From a virus, in IMG/VR virus record IMGVR_UViG_3300049491_000955, positions 1 to 64,000 of that record: a stretch of DNA of 64,000 bases; one strand, given 5' to 3'. The notes below the pieces were generated by a model. It made no database searches. It was not told the DNA's origin and was given only the letters and a program-made list of their open reading frames with translations. Below are positions 1 through 10,697 of the stretch, one piece after another. The translations under genes were made by a program, and so were the position numbers. Each line of letters begins with the position of its first letter. Within the stretch, counting starts at the first letter, position 1.

Positions 1-1020
1 ATTGGGAACTAGTTCATCACAGTATTGCCCAATACTGTAAAGGTCAAACACATCAACTAAAGAAGAGGTTATGTATTTACCCGAACCATATCTATTGTTA
101 GTTGCTAAGTCATAAAAGACCCAAGCCGGATTATTGCAATAAGCTCTATATAAATTCCCGTCAAAGTTTCCAATATAATTCCTATTTACTGGGTCGTAAT
201 TTGTGGGAATTAGTATTTTTAGCAGTTTTAGTTTCACTGCAATCTTTGGTATGTTACTGAATTGCTCCGCTGATACTCTTACACCAAAAATTACACTATT
301 GGGATAGTTTAGCTTGACATCAGTTATCTCTGTCAGTGATTGCCAAAATAAACTGTTTTGAATTGTAGTTTTGTCGCTGTCTGGAGAGAGTCTAGTTAGT
401 CTAATGTCCCAAGGACTGTTGCCAATTAACGGCAGTCGATATGATTCTTCATAAGAGCCAGAAGTTTTTCCCTGGATCGTTTTATCCATCTGTTGGATGT
501 AAGGGCTGCCCTCAGAAGATAATTCTATTTTAAATCTTACTGAAGATTCTTTAATATTTCCTTTATCATCTTGCTCTAATAAACTTGGCAATGACACTCT
601 AACTCTGTAGGCGTTGGCATCAGAGTTGGTAATGGTTCGGACGATCGCGCCGGAACTAATTCTTAGTTCTACACTTACGGCTGTTTCGTTTTCAATATCC
701 GACCCCATGCCAGTAATATACGTTTGGTATTGAGTCCCAAATCTGTAATCAATCGTTACGTTTTGGAAATTTAGACTGCCATCTAAATTTTTGATAGGAG
801 TATCGTCTAAGTAAATGCTTTGAAGAGGATCTGTCGTTGAGAATCCCTCTATTTCTCCTTCGCAAGCCAGCAAAAGTAGAATTGCATCAGAGCGTGATCG
901 CAGTGTATTTTTTGCTTCTGTCGGGGAAGCTCCGGTACTATTTCCAGCAGAAGAGCCAGATTTACTACTTCCCCCAGATCCTCTGATAATTACTCTGTTC
1001 TCTTGGTAAATTTCTGTCAT
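1..1020 (-). CDS. Tail tip / central fibre protein (lambda gpJ-like), N-terminal part; runs off the left edge
   Basis: Absent from the ORF track; translated by hand from ATG at 1020: MTEIYQENRVIIRGSGG...LLACEGEIEG...IYLDDTPI...YPNSVIFGVRVSAEQF...AYCNNPAWVFYDL...RYG. These are typical gpJ motifs, and the gene follows the gpL-like gene. Confidence 0.92.
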   Translation of the reverse strand, partial: MTEIYQENRVIIRGSGGSSKSGSSAGNSTGASPTEAKNTLRSRSDAILLLLACEGEIEGFSTTDPLQSIYLDDTPIKNLDGSLNFQNVTIDYRFGTQYQTYITGMGSDIENETAVSVELRISSGAIVRTITNSDANAYRVRVSLPSLLEQDDKGNIKESSVRFKIELSSEGSPYIQQMDKTIQGKTSGSYEESYRLPLIGNSPWDIRLTRLSPDSDKTTIQNSLFWQSLTEITDVKLNYPNSVIFGVRVSAEQFSNIPKIAVKLKLLKILIPTNYDPVNRNYIGNFDGNLYRAYCNNPAWVFYDLATNNRYGSGKYITSSLVDVFDLYSIGQYCDELVPN

Positions 1021-1021
1021 G

Positions 1022-1702
1022 TTAAACTACATCAACTCCTGGAAAAGCTCCAAAAGGGAGTTGATTAAATGCTCCAAATCTGAGTTTGCAGCTACTTAAT
1101 CGCTTCCCGCACCTATCTAAGTTTAAATTTGTGGTTGGCGTATCGTTTTCATCTGCCACAGCCCCGCCAGTAAAACCGCACTCTGATCCTCTGTATTGCC
1201 ATACACAGTTATACTTTCTAATTACTCTTTGAGGTATCTTACTCTTAAATCCTAAATCTGAAAATTGTCTTAGTTCAAAACCAATCGTTAGCTCGTTTTC
1301 TTGCGATTTACGCCAAATAGTATAGGTGTCCGGAGTGAATTCCATCGCTGGATTTGCAGTTGGCTTGTCATCTAAGTACTTTGCTAATGTTCTTTTTCGC
1401 GTTATGGTTGCGCCAATTAAATCATCGTTTGATACTGTGAAAGATGTTATGAGTCCGAAGACATTAGATAGAGTTATTGATGGCTGAGGATTTTGACCTC
1501 TGGAGTTTATTTCAAAGCCTGATATTTCTACTGGTAAGGCTGGGTAAGCGGCTGCTTGAAAAACTACTTGATTCCCTGCTGTTTGCGCCCAATTGCAAAA
1601 TCTATAGACTAAGCTTACTCCCAAAGGATTAAGATCAAGCACAAATAAGCTTATTATTGCATCCGGAGATAAAGTCAGTAAGTCTGATTGTGGAATTGGC
1701 AT
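1022..1702 (-). CDS. Tail tip protein L (lambda gpL-like, Fe-S cysteines)
   Basis: YPALPVEISGFE, RKRTLAKYLD, C-W-YRGSECGFTG...DRCGKRLSSCKLRFG...LPFGAFPG. Confidence 0.93.
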   Translation of the reverse strand: MPIPQSDLLTLSPDAIISLFVLDLNPLGVSLVYRFCNWAQTAGNQVVFQAAAYPALPVEISGFEINSRGQNPQPSITLSNVFGLITSFTVSNDDLIGATITRKRTLAKYLDDKPTANPAMEFTPDTYTIWRKSQENELTIGFELRQFSDLGFKSKIPQRVIRKYNCVWQYRGSECGFTGGAVADENDTPTTNLNLDRCGKRLSSCKLRFGAFNQLPFGAFPGVDVV

Positions 1703-1703
1703 A

Positions 1704-2051
1704 TCAGTATTGAGTTAGTTCCGTTAAAGTACAGCTAATCTCCCAGTCCACTCCGTTGTAGTAAAGAACTGAAACATTTGACGCTATCCACTTCTTAAGC
1801 GCGCTTTGATCTGGTGAAATCCATTCAATTGAGTCTACACCTGCTGCATTGTTTAGCAGCACTTCTAAACTGTTTTTGGCGGTAGTAGACAAACTTGTAA
1901 AGGTAATCTCCCAACTTTCTCTGATGTGATTTATACCAGATATTGCTCTTTGTTCGTACCCGTCTCCAAAAGATACTACATTTCTTCTATAGTTAATTTT
2001 TTTAGCTAACGACCCAACTTTTACTTTATACTCAGTTCCCAGGGTTACCAT
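1704..2051 (-). CDS. Minor tail / distal tail protein (lambda gpM-like)
   Basis: VSFGDGYEQR...GIN...W motif; adjacent to gpL. Confidence 0.9.
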   Translation of the reverse strand: MVTLGTEYKVKVGSLAKKINYRRNVVSFGDGYEQRAISGINHIRESWEITFTSLSTTAKNSLEVLLNNAAGVDSIEWISPDQSALKKWIASNVSVLYYNGVDWEISCTLTELTQY

Positions 2052-2056
2052 ACATG

Positions 2057-2090
2057 AAAAAACCCTGTATCTAGACAGGGTTGTTTTTTG
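2057..2090. terminator. Bidirectional intrinsic terminator-like hairpin
   Basis: aaaaaaCCCTGTatctagACAGGGttgtttttt. Confidence 0.6.
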
Positions 2091-2117
2091 ATTGCTTTAT
2101 TATACCTTGTTCATTCT

Positions 2118-3170
2118 TTATCCGTAGCTCCCTCCTTTTAGTCTTTTTCTTGGGCGAAACTCTGATGGTAGCTGCGACAGAACTAATCCAAATTCTGAGT
2201 TTTTCCCTATGTGCCATAAAATAATTCTTGCAAATTCAAACATTTTCTCATTTACATTGTTTTTTGTTACATAAACTCTTTCGCCTGAATATATTTCGAC
2301 TAATCGAGTTAAAGTTTTTGCAATAATTTCTACAGTTTGATCAAAACTTAGCAAGTTCAATCCTTCAGCTTCTGCTAAATTTTTTATGTTTAATATCTTT
2401 GACAGCCATTTACTTAATGTTGGCTTGTCTTTTGCACCCGTTAAACCAAGAAAAACACAAATATCTCTTACGTGTTCAATTACGTAATGATTTTGTTTTA
2501 ATTTCTCGAAATCTATTGTATCCGGATCCGCTGAGTAGAAAAATTCTCTAGGAATTCCTGCTTGTTTTAAGTAATATTTTTCATCAACATATTTGACTAT
2601 TCCTTGTTCTATCTTGTCTTTTCTAGCAAGCTTTTCACTAGGTCTGTAAGCTGGTGGTAAAGAAACCATTATGTTTGAGAACGTTCCTCGCGTAAAAACT
2701 TCCCACAACATATTTCTAGCCATTAGTGTTAAAACACCTTCGTAAGTGTCTGTTTCTATTCGACATATTCTAGACAAGCATTTAGCTAAAATGTCTGTTG
2801 CTTCCCCGGGACGAAGCAGCGACAATTGACCTTCTGGAATGCTTTCATGTGAAGAAGCTTTCTGTACCCAATTCCTGAAATTTTGGCGATTTTTTATTTG
2901 ATCTATTCCCATCTTTAAGCAAATATCACGCATCAAAGTTACTGGGATTAGCTTATTCTCGCAAGACTTCCAGTCGTGAAAATCACTATTATTAAAAAGC
3001 AAATCCGCTGGCACTCCTCTAGATATCAATAGAGAAGTAATACTTTCCCTTAAAATGTCTTTCTGCTTTAGTTTAAAGTCGTTTTCCAGTTTATTCGTGT
3101 CTAAAATGTTACTTATCATCTCTCTTTTTAGTTTTCCTACTGTTTCTTGCTGTCTGTTTGCTGCTTGCAA
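2118..3170 (-). CDS. Hypothetical protein with two tandem ~110-aa homologous domains, possibly HTH-like
   Basis: RDICLKMG...NWVQK...LSLL...LAKCLSRI...ARNMLW...LPPAYRP is repeated as RDICVFLG...KWLSK...LNLL...IAKTLTRL...ARIILW...LPSEFRP. Confidence 0.75.
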   Translation of the reverse strand: MQAANRQQETVGKLKREMISNILDTNKLENDFKLKQKDILRESITSLLISRGVPADLLFNNSDFHDWKSCENKLIPVTLMRDICLKMGIDQIKNRQNFRNWVQKASSHESIPEGQLSLLRPGEATDILAKCLSRICRIETDTYEGVLTLMARNMLWEVFTRGTFSNIMVSLPPAYRPSEKLARKDKIEQGIVKYVDEKYYLKQAGIPREFFYSADPDTIDFEKLKQNHYVIEHVRDICVFLGLTGAKDKPTLSKWLSKILNIKNLAEAEGLNLLSFDQTVEIIAKTLTRLVEIYSGERVYVTKNNVNEKMFEFARIILWHIGKNSEFGLVLSQLPSEFRPRKRLKGGSYG

Positions 3171-3343
3171 ACTTTTTTGTTAGCTTTTCTCTCTTGATTT
3201 GTTAATCAAATATAAAAACTTTCTTGCCAACTGTCAACACATGACACAGAAAAGTTTTCCTTTAACTCTGCCAACTTATCTTTCATTCTACACTAGTTCG
3301 CGATTTAAATCCGTCTACTTGGTAAACAGTTTTGAAATGAAAA

Positions 3344-5017
3344 TCAGACTTTTAGTAGTTGTTTTTGGTAGATCTTTGTTAAAACTTTTACCAAATCTTC
3401 GTGCCAAGTTTTGACAATACTCACCCCAAATTCATTGGTTAGTTGCTTCCAAAACCAAGCGTCCGCTTTGCTTTTAAGATTTTGAATGCTTTTGAGATAA
3501 AAAGCATAGATCAAAAAATCTTCAAAACTAGGATCTTCTCCAAACACGGCATGGGTTGCCCAATCAGACAATGGCTTTTGTCCATCACAATTCTCTATTA
3601 CTTTGTAATAAGCCATTCCAGGCGAATGATTACCAAGAAAAGCTTTTTGAAGCCAATATCTATAGTATTCTCGTGGTTCTGAGCGCTTTGCTGATTTTAT
3701 CTCTACTAATTTTCTGTTATCTTCAATCTTTGAAATTCTGCCAGAAAGAAAACTCAGCATTCCTTCCTCGTCTAACGCCAGAAAATCTTCAGGCGATCGC
3801 CTAACTGGAATTACAAACTCATGTCCACATTCCCCACAGACTTTTGCTCCTTTTTGATTTACAAATCCGCAGATTTCACATTCTCTACCTTTTGGTGTAT
3901 CAATTTCTTGCCAATCAGTAATCTCCCCAGGTAAATACATTCCCGGTGTAGTGCTGTTCCCACAAAAGTCTAGGATGTAAGCCATGTCTTTCTTCCCTTG
4001 GATCCACTGCTCATCATCTCCCTGGACTATTCTTAGGATTCTGCCTAGCATTTGTATCCAGAGAGAGATTGACTTTGTAGGACGAAGCATTAAAGCACAG
4101 GTTGCCACCGGCTCGTCAAATCCAGTAGCTAAAACTGTGACAGAAAACAAAACTATTTTTCTTTCCCTGAAAGCTTTAAACTGCCTTATCCTCTCTTCCT
4201 CTGGAGTCTCGTCGGTGATTACAAAACATTCTTGCCCTTGACTTCTGAAGTAATCGGCGTACTGATTTCCCGTGATGTGACTGGGAACAAATCCTACAGT
4301 GTGTAAGTGCCTGTACTTTTGCCATTCTTCCCATACTTTCTCTGGGCTGGCCACTGTGGTTATTTGCTCGGCTTCTTTCACTGTATAGTCGCCTTGGCTT
4401 CTAGACTTAATGCTAAAGCGAGATAAAGCGCATACAGTGTAAGGAACTAGATACCCTTCATCTATTAGTTCCTGAGTATTTACCGGTTGATGCCAAAGCC
4501 ATCTGTCGTCAAAAACCTGCCCATCCATTCGCCAAGGCGTAGCAGTTAGAGCTAAGTGCCTTGTTTTTGGTACTAACTGATTAATTATTGTGTAAGCTTG
4601 ACGAAAACATCCTAAGTGCGCCTCATCCCAAATCGTGAGAGCAGGATACCAAGGTAGCTTTTTTCTCGCTTCAATAGTTTGCAGCATTGCAATGACTAAA
4701 TCACACTCTGCTAAGTGAGATGCTTTTGAGCTTTTGGAGCCAGCTAGTACTCCTGTTTTTAAGCACAAATCTACATCTCCAAACTTAATCACCGAATTTT
4801 GGAACTGTCTAACCAGTGGCGAAAGTGGAACTGTAATTAAAACTTTTGGCATAGGACGCCCCAACTCTCGCGCCTTTCTTCGCAATCTCATCACTGTTTG
4901 TATCGCAACGTTTGACTTTCCTGCCCCCGTTGGCATCACGCACAGTATTTTGTTATCTTTTAAATTCTCTCCTATATATTCCACCGCTTTCTTTTGGAAT
5001 TCATATCTCTCTCTCAT
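3344..5017 (-). CDS. Superfamily II (DEAH/ResIII-like) helicase with zinc ribbon
   Basis: MPTGAGKS, DEAH, LTATP, TGFDEP, QMLGRILR, CxxC..CxxC. Confidence 0.92.
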   Translation of the reverse strand: MRERYEFQKKAVEYIGENLKDNKILCVMPTGAGKSNVAIQTVMRLRRKARELGRPMPKVLITVPLSPLVRQFQNSVIKFGDVDLCLKTGVLAGSKSSKASHLAECDLVIAMLQTIEARKKLPWYPALTIWDEAHLGCFRQAYTIINQLVPKTRHLALTATPWRMDGQVFDDRWLWHQPVNTQELIDEGYLVPYTVCALSRFSIKSRSQGDYTVKEAEQITTVASPEKVWEEWQKYRHLHTVGFVPSHITGNQYADYFRSQGQECFVITDETPEEERIRQFKAFRERKIVLFSVTVLATGFDEPVATCALMLRPTKSISLWIQMLGRILRIVQGDDEQWIQGKKDMAYILDFCGNSTTPGMYLPGEITDWQEIDTPKGRECEICGFVNQKGAKVCGECGHEFVIPVRRSPEDFLALDEEGMLSFLSGRISKIEDNRKLVEIKSAKRSEPREYYRYWLQKAFLGNHSPGMAYYKVIENCDGQKPLSDWATHAVFGEDPSFEDFLIYAFYLKSIQNLKSKADAWFWKQLTNEFGVSIVKTWHEDLVKVLTKIYQKQLLKV

Positions 5018-5323
5018 CTTGCCATTTCCATCTCGTTAAGCTATTATACAGTGTATAAGTGTTTCGGCGAGAAGTAAAGAGAAAAGTCCCAAAAGAATTG
5101 CAGTTATTAAATATGAATTCCGTAGCCTGAGTTAAAATCTCACAAAAACCTGCTACTATTAGCCCAGTAAAGCTTTTATTCTTTTTACAATGCAACCACC
5201 TAGTAGCAGCTTACTTGTGCACTTTTGCTTGTGCGTTCCTTTCTTTGTCTCACGTAAAGCAACTTTTAGCCCAGTATTGTAAGCAAAAAAAATCCCGGTA
5301 GCCACACCGGGGAGGTAGTAAAA

Positions 5324-8300
5324 ATGATTTTAGAACAATTATTGTTGAAACCTGTGGATGTCTATGGAGACGTTTCAAGGTTTCTCTCTACATTATATCC
5401 CCAAAACATAAATATTGACACATTTAATCACAAAATATTTTTAAGGAAAGAATTAAAGAGTTTTTCTTATTCTGCAACAGGGAAGACAGAGAAAAAGACC
5501 TCATTTCACAATCTCGCAGGTAACGGAAGAATTTCTTCTCTTGCTGAAACATTAGCGAAAAGCCGGAATGAAATTTGGCACGTATGCATCAATGGTTATG
5601 GACAGGGAACCACAAAGGATAAGATTCAATTTGGCACTGTTCTACAATTTGAATCTGACGATAGCCGTAGTCTCGATGACAAGTTAGACGATTGGAAAGT
5701 TTTGGGCTTGCCTGTCCCTACACTTCAAATGTGGACAGGAAATAAATCTATACATAGTTATTGGGTCTTGAAGACGCCATTACCTATACAAAAATTACAC
5801 GAACTTCAAATCCAGCTATTCAGACAAGGTAAAGAATTAGAAGCCGATGGATGGGCGCAAAGCGATACTTCTTGGGGAAGTACAGCATCAAAAACAATGC
5901 GTGTCCCCGGATTTGCTCACCCTAAGTCTGGGAATAAATCGCAAATTATTAATGTTTCTTCACAGTATTATGATGCTCAAGACATTTGGCAATCTATTTA
6001 TCTCTCTGGAAGACCTTTAAGAGGTCAATGGGATGAGAAAAGTCTTGCTTTTCTTCCTTGGATTTCTTTAGAGGATAGAATTGAGCGCGATCGCATCGAC
6101 AAAGAAAGAAAACGACTCGAAGCTCAGGTCAAATCCCAAAGAAACGATTTATACCCAATTCCTTTTAGTTTAATTTCTGATTCAAAGAAAGAAACTGAGA
6201 ACGAAATATCTATTCTTTCGTTAATCTCTCAAGCCAATTTAATTGTTTTTAAAAATGGCTCCGTACACGGAGAGAAGAATAAGGACAGTTCTAGACTTGC
6301 CAATGATTTAATCGGCTGTGAAGCTTGGGCATTAGAACGCAATTATAAGTTATCAGAGACTGCTTGTGATTTGTTTTTTGACTATTCTCGCCGATCTAAT
6401 ATTCCGGATAGTGAAACATCTAATAGATATAATTGTCTAAAAAACTCTAATCCTACTCCGGCGAACTTTTATCTCGAAGACAAAGTATTAAGACTTTTCT
6501 CTTCTTTTTCAAATAGAAAACCAATTCTTGTCAAAAAGATTGAAGTCAAATCTAAATCTGCTGACTTAGGATGGGATTTTATCGGACTCGTAAATCAGCT
6601 TTTTGCTATCAATAAGCATAAGGATGCTGGATTAAAAGAGTTATTGTTAAAGAAGTGGATAGAAGAAGAAACAAGTAAGAATACTCTCGGTGGTTGGTTT
6701 GCTTTTGGCGATTTGAAAGAAGTCAAAAAGCAAATGGTTTCTGGAGAAATAAATTTGGTTTCTTCTGAAAGCAAGTTACAGTCAGCCTCTGGCATCTACC
6801 CAACTGATGTCTTGTATTGTCAATCTCCAGATTTTAAAAATATTGCAAAACATTTTTCTTGGTATTTGGAACCTGTTGATGTCTCAAGAGAACTAATTAA
6901 ATATCTTTATTTGGCAGGCGCAGGAAATAAAGTTTATGTTGTTGACGAAAGTAAAATTAAGTGGGGTGCTGGACATTATTTTTACTATACAGATGAATCA
7001 ATAAAGCCAGATATATCTTTAAATCAAAGGTACTTACTTGATTCAGCTAATCCTTTCTTTATTCCAGAAGGCACTCGTATTCTTGGAATGAAATCTGAAA
7101 TGGGAACAGGCAAGACAACATGGCTTGCTGATTATATCAAGCAAACAAAGCTTAGACCTTTAGCTATCTATTCTCGCGTTACCCTTACTCAAGACGTTGC
7201 AGATAAATTTGGAATTGTTTTTTACAAAGAAACAACTGGAGATAGTCAAGCCTATAATCAATACCTTAAGAATGGAACGGCACTCTGTTGTAACTCCTTA
7301 AAACAAAACGGATATATCAACTTCAATCCTGACGATTGGGGAAACTTTAACAATAAAGATATTTTGCTTCTTGATGAAGTTGAAGCAACTTTAGAAACAA
7401 TTTGCAATTCTTCAACAATAAAAAAGAACAGAGGGGAGATTCAAAACAATTTCATAAAGCTAATCAAAAATATTCTTTCTCCAAATAGTACAAGTATTCT
7501 TGTTTTGAGCGACGCCAATCTAAAGCAGTCAACTATAGATTTAATTCAATCTTTGTCTGGCTGGAATCCACCGAAATGCATCATTGAAAATTCTTGGAAG
7601 TTTGAGGGCGGAGAGAGGAATGCATACATCTACGAAAACCCTGCTGATTTTTTAGGACAACTAACTATTCGTTCAAAAACAGAAGATCGACTTTACATTA
7701 CCTCTGACACTCGCGAATGCAAAAGCGAAAACAGCTACCTGACGACGGAAGCGATCGCCTTAGGACTTCAAGAACTAAAAGAAAAATCTCTAAGGATTGA
7801 TCAATGGACGCAACATACTATTGATGATCCTAGTTATGGACTTGGTTCAAACGCCAGAGTAATTATGAGCGAGCTTAAACACGAAAGAGCACACCTCATC
7901 ACTTCCCCTACATTAAGTGCTGGCGTTAGCTTTGATGATAAAAATGGTAGTGATTTCTCCTCTGTCTGGGGAGCCTTCAAAGGCGTTGTTCCCCTTGAAG
8001 GCTTACAACAACAATTGGAAAGAGAAAGGCGCAACGTAGACAGACACATCTATCTAACTGATGTTGGGAAGCCTAACGGCTGCAACCCCCTTACTTCTGA
8101 GCAGTCCTTGCTTGATGAAGAAACTCTTTCTCAACTCCTTAATGTCAAGGGTATCGCTAGTGGATTAAGTGTCTTAAATCCAGATTATGGTTTCATTCAA
8201 GCAGAGCAAATTTCTGAGAAAATGTTAGTCGAAGAAGATTCTTCCTTAGCTTTTTGGCGAAGAAAGAATAGAATTGGTTCTTCTTTCGCTTCTCGTAACT

Positions 8301-9274
8301 TAAAAATTAATTTGATTGCTCAACTTAAAAAACGTGGCTACAACGTGATAACAGTTAAGTCCTTATCTGATACAGAAGACAAGAAAAAAGGCAAAGAAGA
8401 GATTGATTTTTCTGTAGTTGCGGCTAATTCCAAACTTGAAATTGAAAAACTTCACAAGCTAATCACTTCTCAGCAAGAAACACACTTCAAAGAATTGGGT
8501 ATTCAATCTTTAAAACTATTTCAAGCTTGTGCAGCTAAGCAAAGAGAAACTAAATTAAATGCAATCATTAGATCAGATGCTGACATTGTGACAGAAGAAC
8601 TTTTAAGAAAAAGCGATCGCACTGCCGAAGAACATTACGCAGTTCTTAAATTTCAGTATCTACAATGGTCTAGAGGCATTGATTGCACTGTAGATAACTA
8701 TGAATGTTGGGAGAAGAAAAAGAAAGAAATTGAGACAGGCTTTATCAACTACTGTGAATTAACTCAAAATGAAAATGCTAAATTAGACGCTTTAAAGAAG
8801 GATAGCTTTCAACCTTCAACTGGAAATAGAAGTAAAAAAGATGTTGAATCTAACTACGCGAAATATAAGTTACTAGCTGATAACTTAGGACTCGCTGCTT
8901 TTGTTGTTTGGGCAGAGAATTCCGAAAACTATTCCATTCAAATGCCAGAAGTTAAAGATTTTAACAAAAAGTTACTTGAATATTGCAGCGAGATAAAAGC
9001 TTTAATGGGTATTCAAATTTCTTTTAATGACGAGAAGGCAATCTCTAATATTGGCAACATCTTAAGAGCTTGTGGAAGAACTCAAGAGAAAGTTAAACAA
9101 TCTAGGGCAGATGGAAACGGAAAAAGAATTAGAGCTTACTCTATCAAAACTCAGCCTAATCTTTATTTACAGTTCTGGGAGACTTGGGCGACAGACAAGA
9201 ATAAGGAATCTTTAATTAACGAAACAAAGACAGCCACTCTAATTCTTAAAAAGAATTTGGAAAATAAAAAGTAA
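5324..9274 (+). CDS. Replication protein: RepB/AEP-type primase plus origin-binding SF2-like helicase (cyanobacterial plasmid CyRepA1-like)
   Basis: N-terminus has FESDD, TGNKSIHSYW and MRVPGFAHP (primase motifs); the centre has KSEMGTGKTT, LLDEVE, SDANL, SPTLSAGVSFD and QQLERER. Confidence 0.8.
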   Translation: MILEQLLLKPVDVYGDVSRFLSTLYPQNINIDTFNHKIFLRKELKSFSYSATGKTEKKTSFHNLAGNGRISSLAETLAKSRNEIWHVCINGYGQGTTKDKIQFGTVLQFESDDSRSLDDKLDDWKVLGLPVPTLQMWTGNKSIHSYWVLKTPLPIQKLHELQIQLFRQGKELEADGWAQSDTSWGSTASKTMRVPGFAHPKSGNKSQIINVSSQYYDAQDIWQSIYLSGRPLRGQWDEKSLAFLPWISLEDRIERDRIDKERKRLEAQVKSQRNDLYPIPFSLISDSKKETENEISILSLISQANLIVFKNGSVHGEKNKDSSRLANDLIGCEAWALERNYKLSETACDLFFDYSRRSNIPDSETSNRYNCLKNSNPTPANFYLEDKVLRLFSSFSNRKPILVKKIEVKSKSADLGWDFIGLVNQLFAINKHKDAGLKELLLKKWIEEETSKNTLGGWFAFGDLKEVKKQMVSGEINLVSSESKLQSASGIYPTDVLYCQSPDFKNIAKHFSWYLEPVDVSRELIKYLYLAGAGNKVYVVDESKIKWGAGHYFYYTDESIKPDISLNQRYLLDSANPFFIPEGTRILGMKSEMGTGKTTWLADYIKQTKLRPLAIYSRVTLTQDVADKFGIVFYKETTGDSQAYNQYLKNGTALCCNSLKQNGYINFNPDDWGNFNNKDILLLDEVEATLETICNSSTIKKNRGEIQNNFIKLIKNILSPNSTSILVLSDANLKQSTIDLIQSLSGWNPPKCIIENSWKFEGGERNAYIYENPADFLGQLTIRSKTEDRLYITSDTRECKSENSYLTTEAIALGLQELKEKSLRIDQWTQHTIDDPSYGLGSNARVIMSELKHERAHLITSPTLSAGVSFDDKNGSDFSSVWGAFKGVVPLEGLQQQLERERRNVDRHIYLTDVGKPNGCNPLTSEQSLLDEETLSQLLNVKGIASGLSVLNPDYGFIQAEQISEKMLVEEDSSLAFWRRKNRIGSSFASRNLKINLIAQLKKRGYNVITVKSLSDTEDKKKGKEEIDFSVVAANSKLEIEKLHKLITSQQETHFKELGIQSLKLFQACAAKQRETKLNAIIRSDADIVTEELLRKSDRTAEEHYAVLKFQYLQWSRGIDCTVDNYECWEKKKKEIETGFINYCELTQNENAKLDALKKDSFQPSTGNRSKKDVESNYAKYKLLADNLGLAAFVVWAENSENYSIQMPEVKDFNKKLLEYCSEIKALMGIQISFNDEKAISNIGNILRACGRTQEKVKQSRADGNGKRIRAYSIKTQPNLYLQFWETWATDKNKESLINETKTATLILKKNLENKK

Positions 9275-9280
9275 TCAAAA

Positions 9281-9315
9281 GAAAAAACTGTAAGTGTCAA
9301 AACTTACAGTTTTTC
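9281..9315. terminator. Intrinsic terminator-like hairpin after rep
   Basis: gaaaaaACTGTAAGTgtcaaaACTTACAGTttttc. Confidence 0.6.
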
Positions 9316-9368
9316 GATGACTAGACGAGAATTCATAGTAGAATTTTAACAGTTATTTTTTCAAATAA

Positions 9369-10697
9369 ATGGTTTCAACTAAACTTTTAAGTCCCAAGGT
9401 TCAAGCCCTTGTCAGTACTTGGCTAGGTTCTGTACCTATCCCTGACAAAAATCCTATTCAACTTTATTTGGATATGGTCACGGCTCATCCGGTTGCTTCC
9501 GCTGCTAATGATTTAAGAATTCTTCTTGGCATCTCTATGATGAGAGAATTTTCTCATTCAGATGAAAAGATTCAAGCAGAAGTCAGAAAGTCTATCTCAA
9601 ATATGTCCGGCTCTTGGCGCAATACAGTCGCAGGCATGATGACTTATCTCGCTTTTGGAAGATCTTTTAGCGAAGTTGCTCACGATATTATTAAAAAGCA
9701 AGCCACTCTTAAGATTATTCAAACCGTCGATCCTAGATATTATTATTTTGAAGGCAGCTTAGGCGAAATTACTCAGGTTCATTACTTAGGTATGACTGAT
9801 ATTTATATTCCCTATGAAAACGGCATCCATCTGATAAATAAACCCTACTTAGCACTTGGCGGCGATCCTTACGGTATTGCAATCTGCAAAGCAGCTTACC
9901 CCTTTGTTGAATTATCACGGCTAATAATGGCAAGCGTAACCGTCGCTGGAGAACGACAAGCCACTAAGCTGTTAGTCGGTCAAACTGATACTTCTAATAA
10001 TGATGTTGTAATGCCTGACCCCGAAACAGGACAGGCTATTCTTGACCCCCTAACAGGAGAAGAAAAATTATTTAATCAAGGGTATGTTCTCGCCAAACAG
10101 TTAGAGCAAGTTCAGAACAACTCTTACCTGGTAACAGACATCGCTAATCAGATTACTGCGATCGCCCACGAAACAGACGGCTCTTTCTTTATCAATATAT
10201 TGTCGTTTTTGGAAAGCATGATTCTACTCTCCTGGTTAATTCCCCGCACCGTTACCGGAACCGGATCAAGTTCTAGTGGGGATAGCAATCTAAATGAAGG
10301 ACACAGGGAAACCTTGCGCTTAGTTAACAGATCTGAAATGGAAATGATTAGCGAAGCCTTGATTGAACAAGCCATCAAACCAATGCTTATTTTCAATCAT
10401 GGTGAGATGGAAGATTACGGAACTTTCCCCGTAGCTCAAGAAGACTCAGCAGATACTGTTCAACTCTTGGCTGTACTTACCGCAGCAGTTGAACGGGGAA
10501 GCTTTAGCGCGTCTGATCTGAAAGTCATCAACAGAATGCGCGAGTTAGCTGGCATTGAACAGATAGAACCTTCTGAATTTGTCCCTCCAGAACTAAAAAA
10601 CCAACCGCAGATATCTAAAAACAATAACGAAAACTTGGACAGCAATGGTCTAGACGAACAAGGCAAGCCAGGTTCTAAAAGTTTTTTTTTAAAGTAA
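9369..10697 (+). CDS. Portal protein (DUF935 / Mu gp29-like)
   Basis: 442 aa; FGRSFSEV, GDPYG...AYP, GDSNLNEGH, LIEQAIKPMLIFNHG...GTF, INRMRELAGI. Confidence 0.8.
   Translation: MVSTKLLSPKVQALVSTWLGSVPIPDKNPIQLYLDMVTAHPVASAANDLRILLGISMMREFSHSDEKIQAEVRKSISNMSGSWRNTVAGMMTYLAFGRSFSEVAHDIIKKQATLKIIQTVDPRYYYFEGSLGEITQVHYLGMTDIYIPYENGIHLINKPYLALGGDPYGIAICKAAYPFVELSRLIMASVTVAGERQATKLLVGQTDTSNNDVVMPDPETGQAILDPLTGEEKLFNQGYVLAKQLEQVQNNSYLVTDIANQITAIAHETDGSFFINILSFLESMILLSWLIPRTVTGTGSSSSGDSNLNEGHRETLRLVNRSEMEMISEALIEQAIKPMLIFNHGEMEDYGTFPVAQEDSADTVQLLAVLTAAVERGSFSASDLKVINRMRELAGIEQIEPSEFVPPELKNQPQISKNNNENLDSNGLDEQGKPGSKSFFLK

Noticed and set aside
3199-5195. Short ORFs overlapping the helicase, and similar antisense ORFs inside rep, terminase, tape measure and 57247
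   Set aside because: Shadow frames of well-supported genes, with no recognisable motifs.
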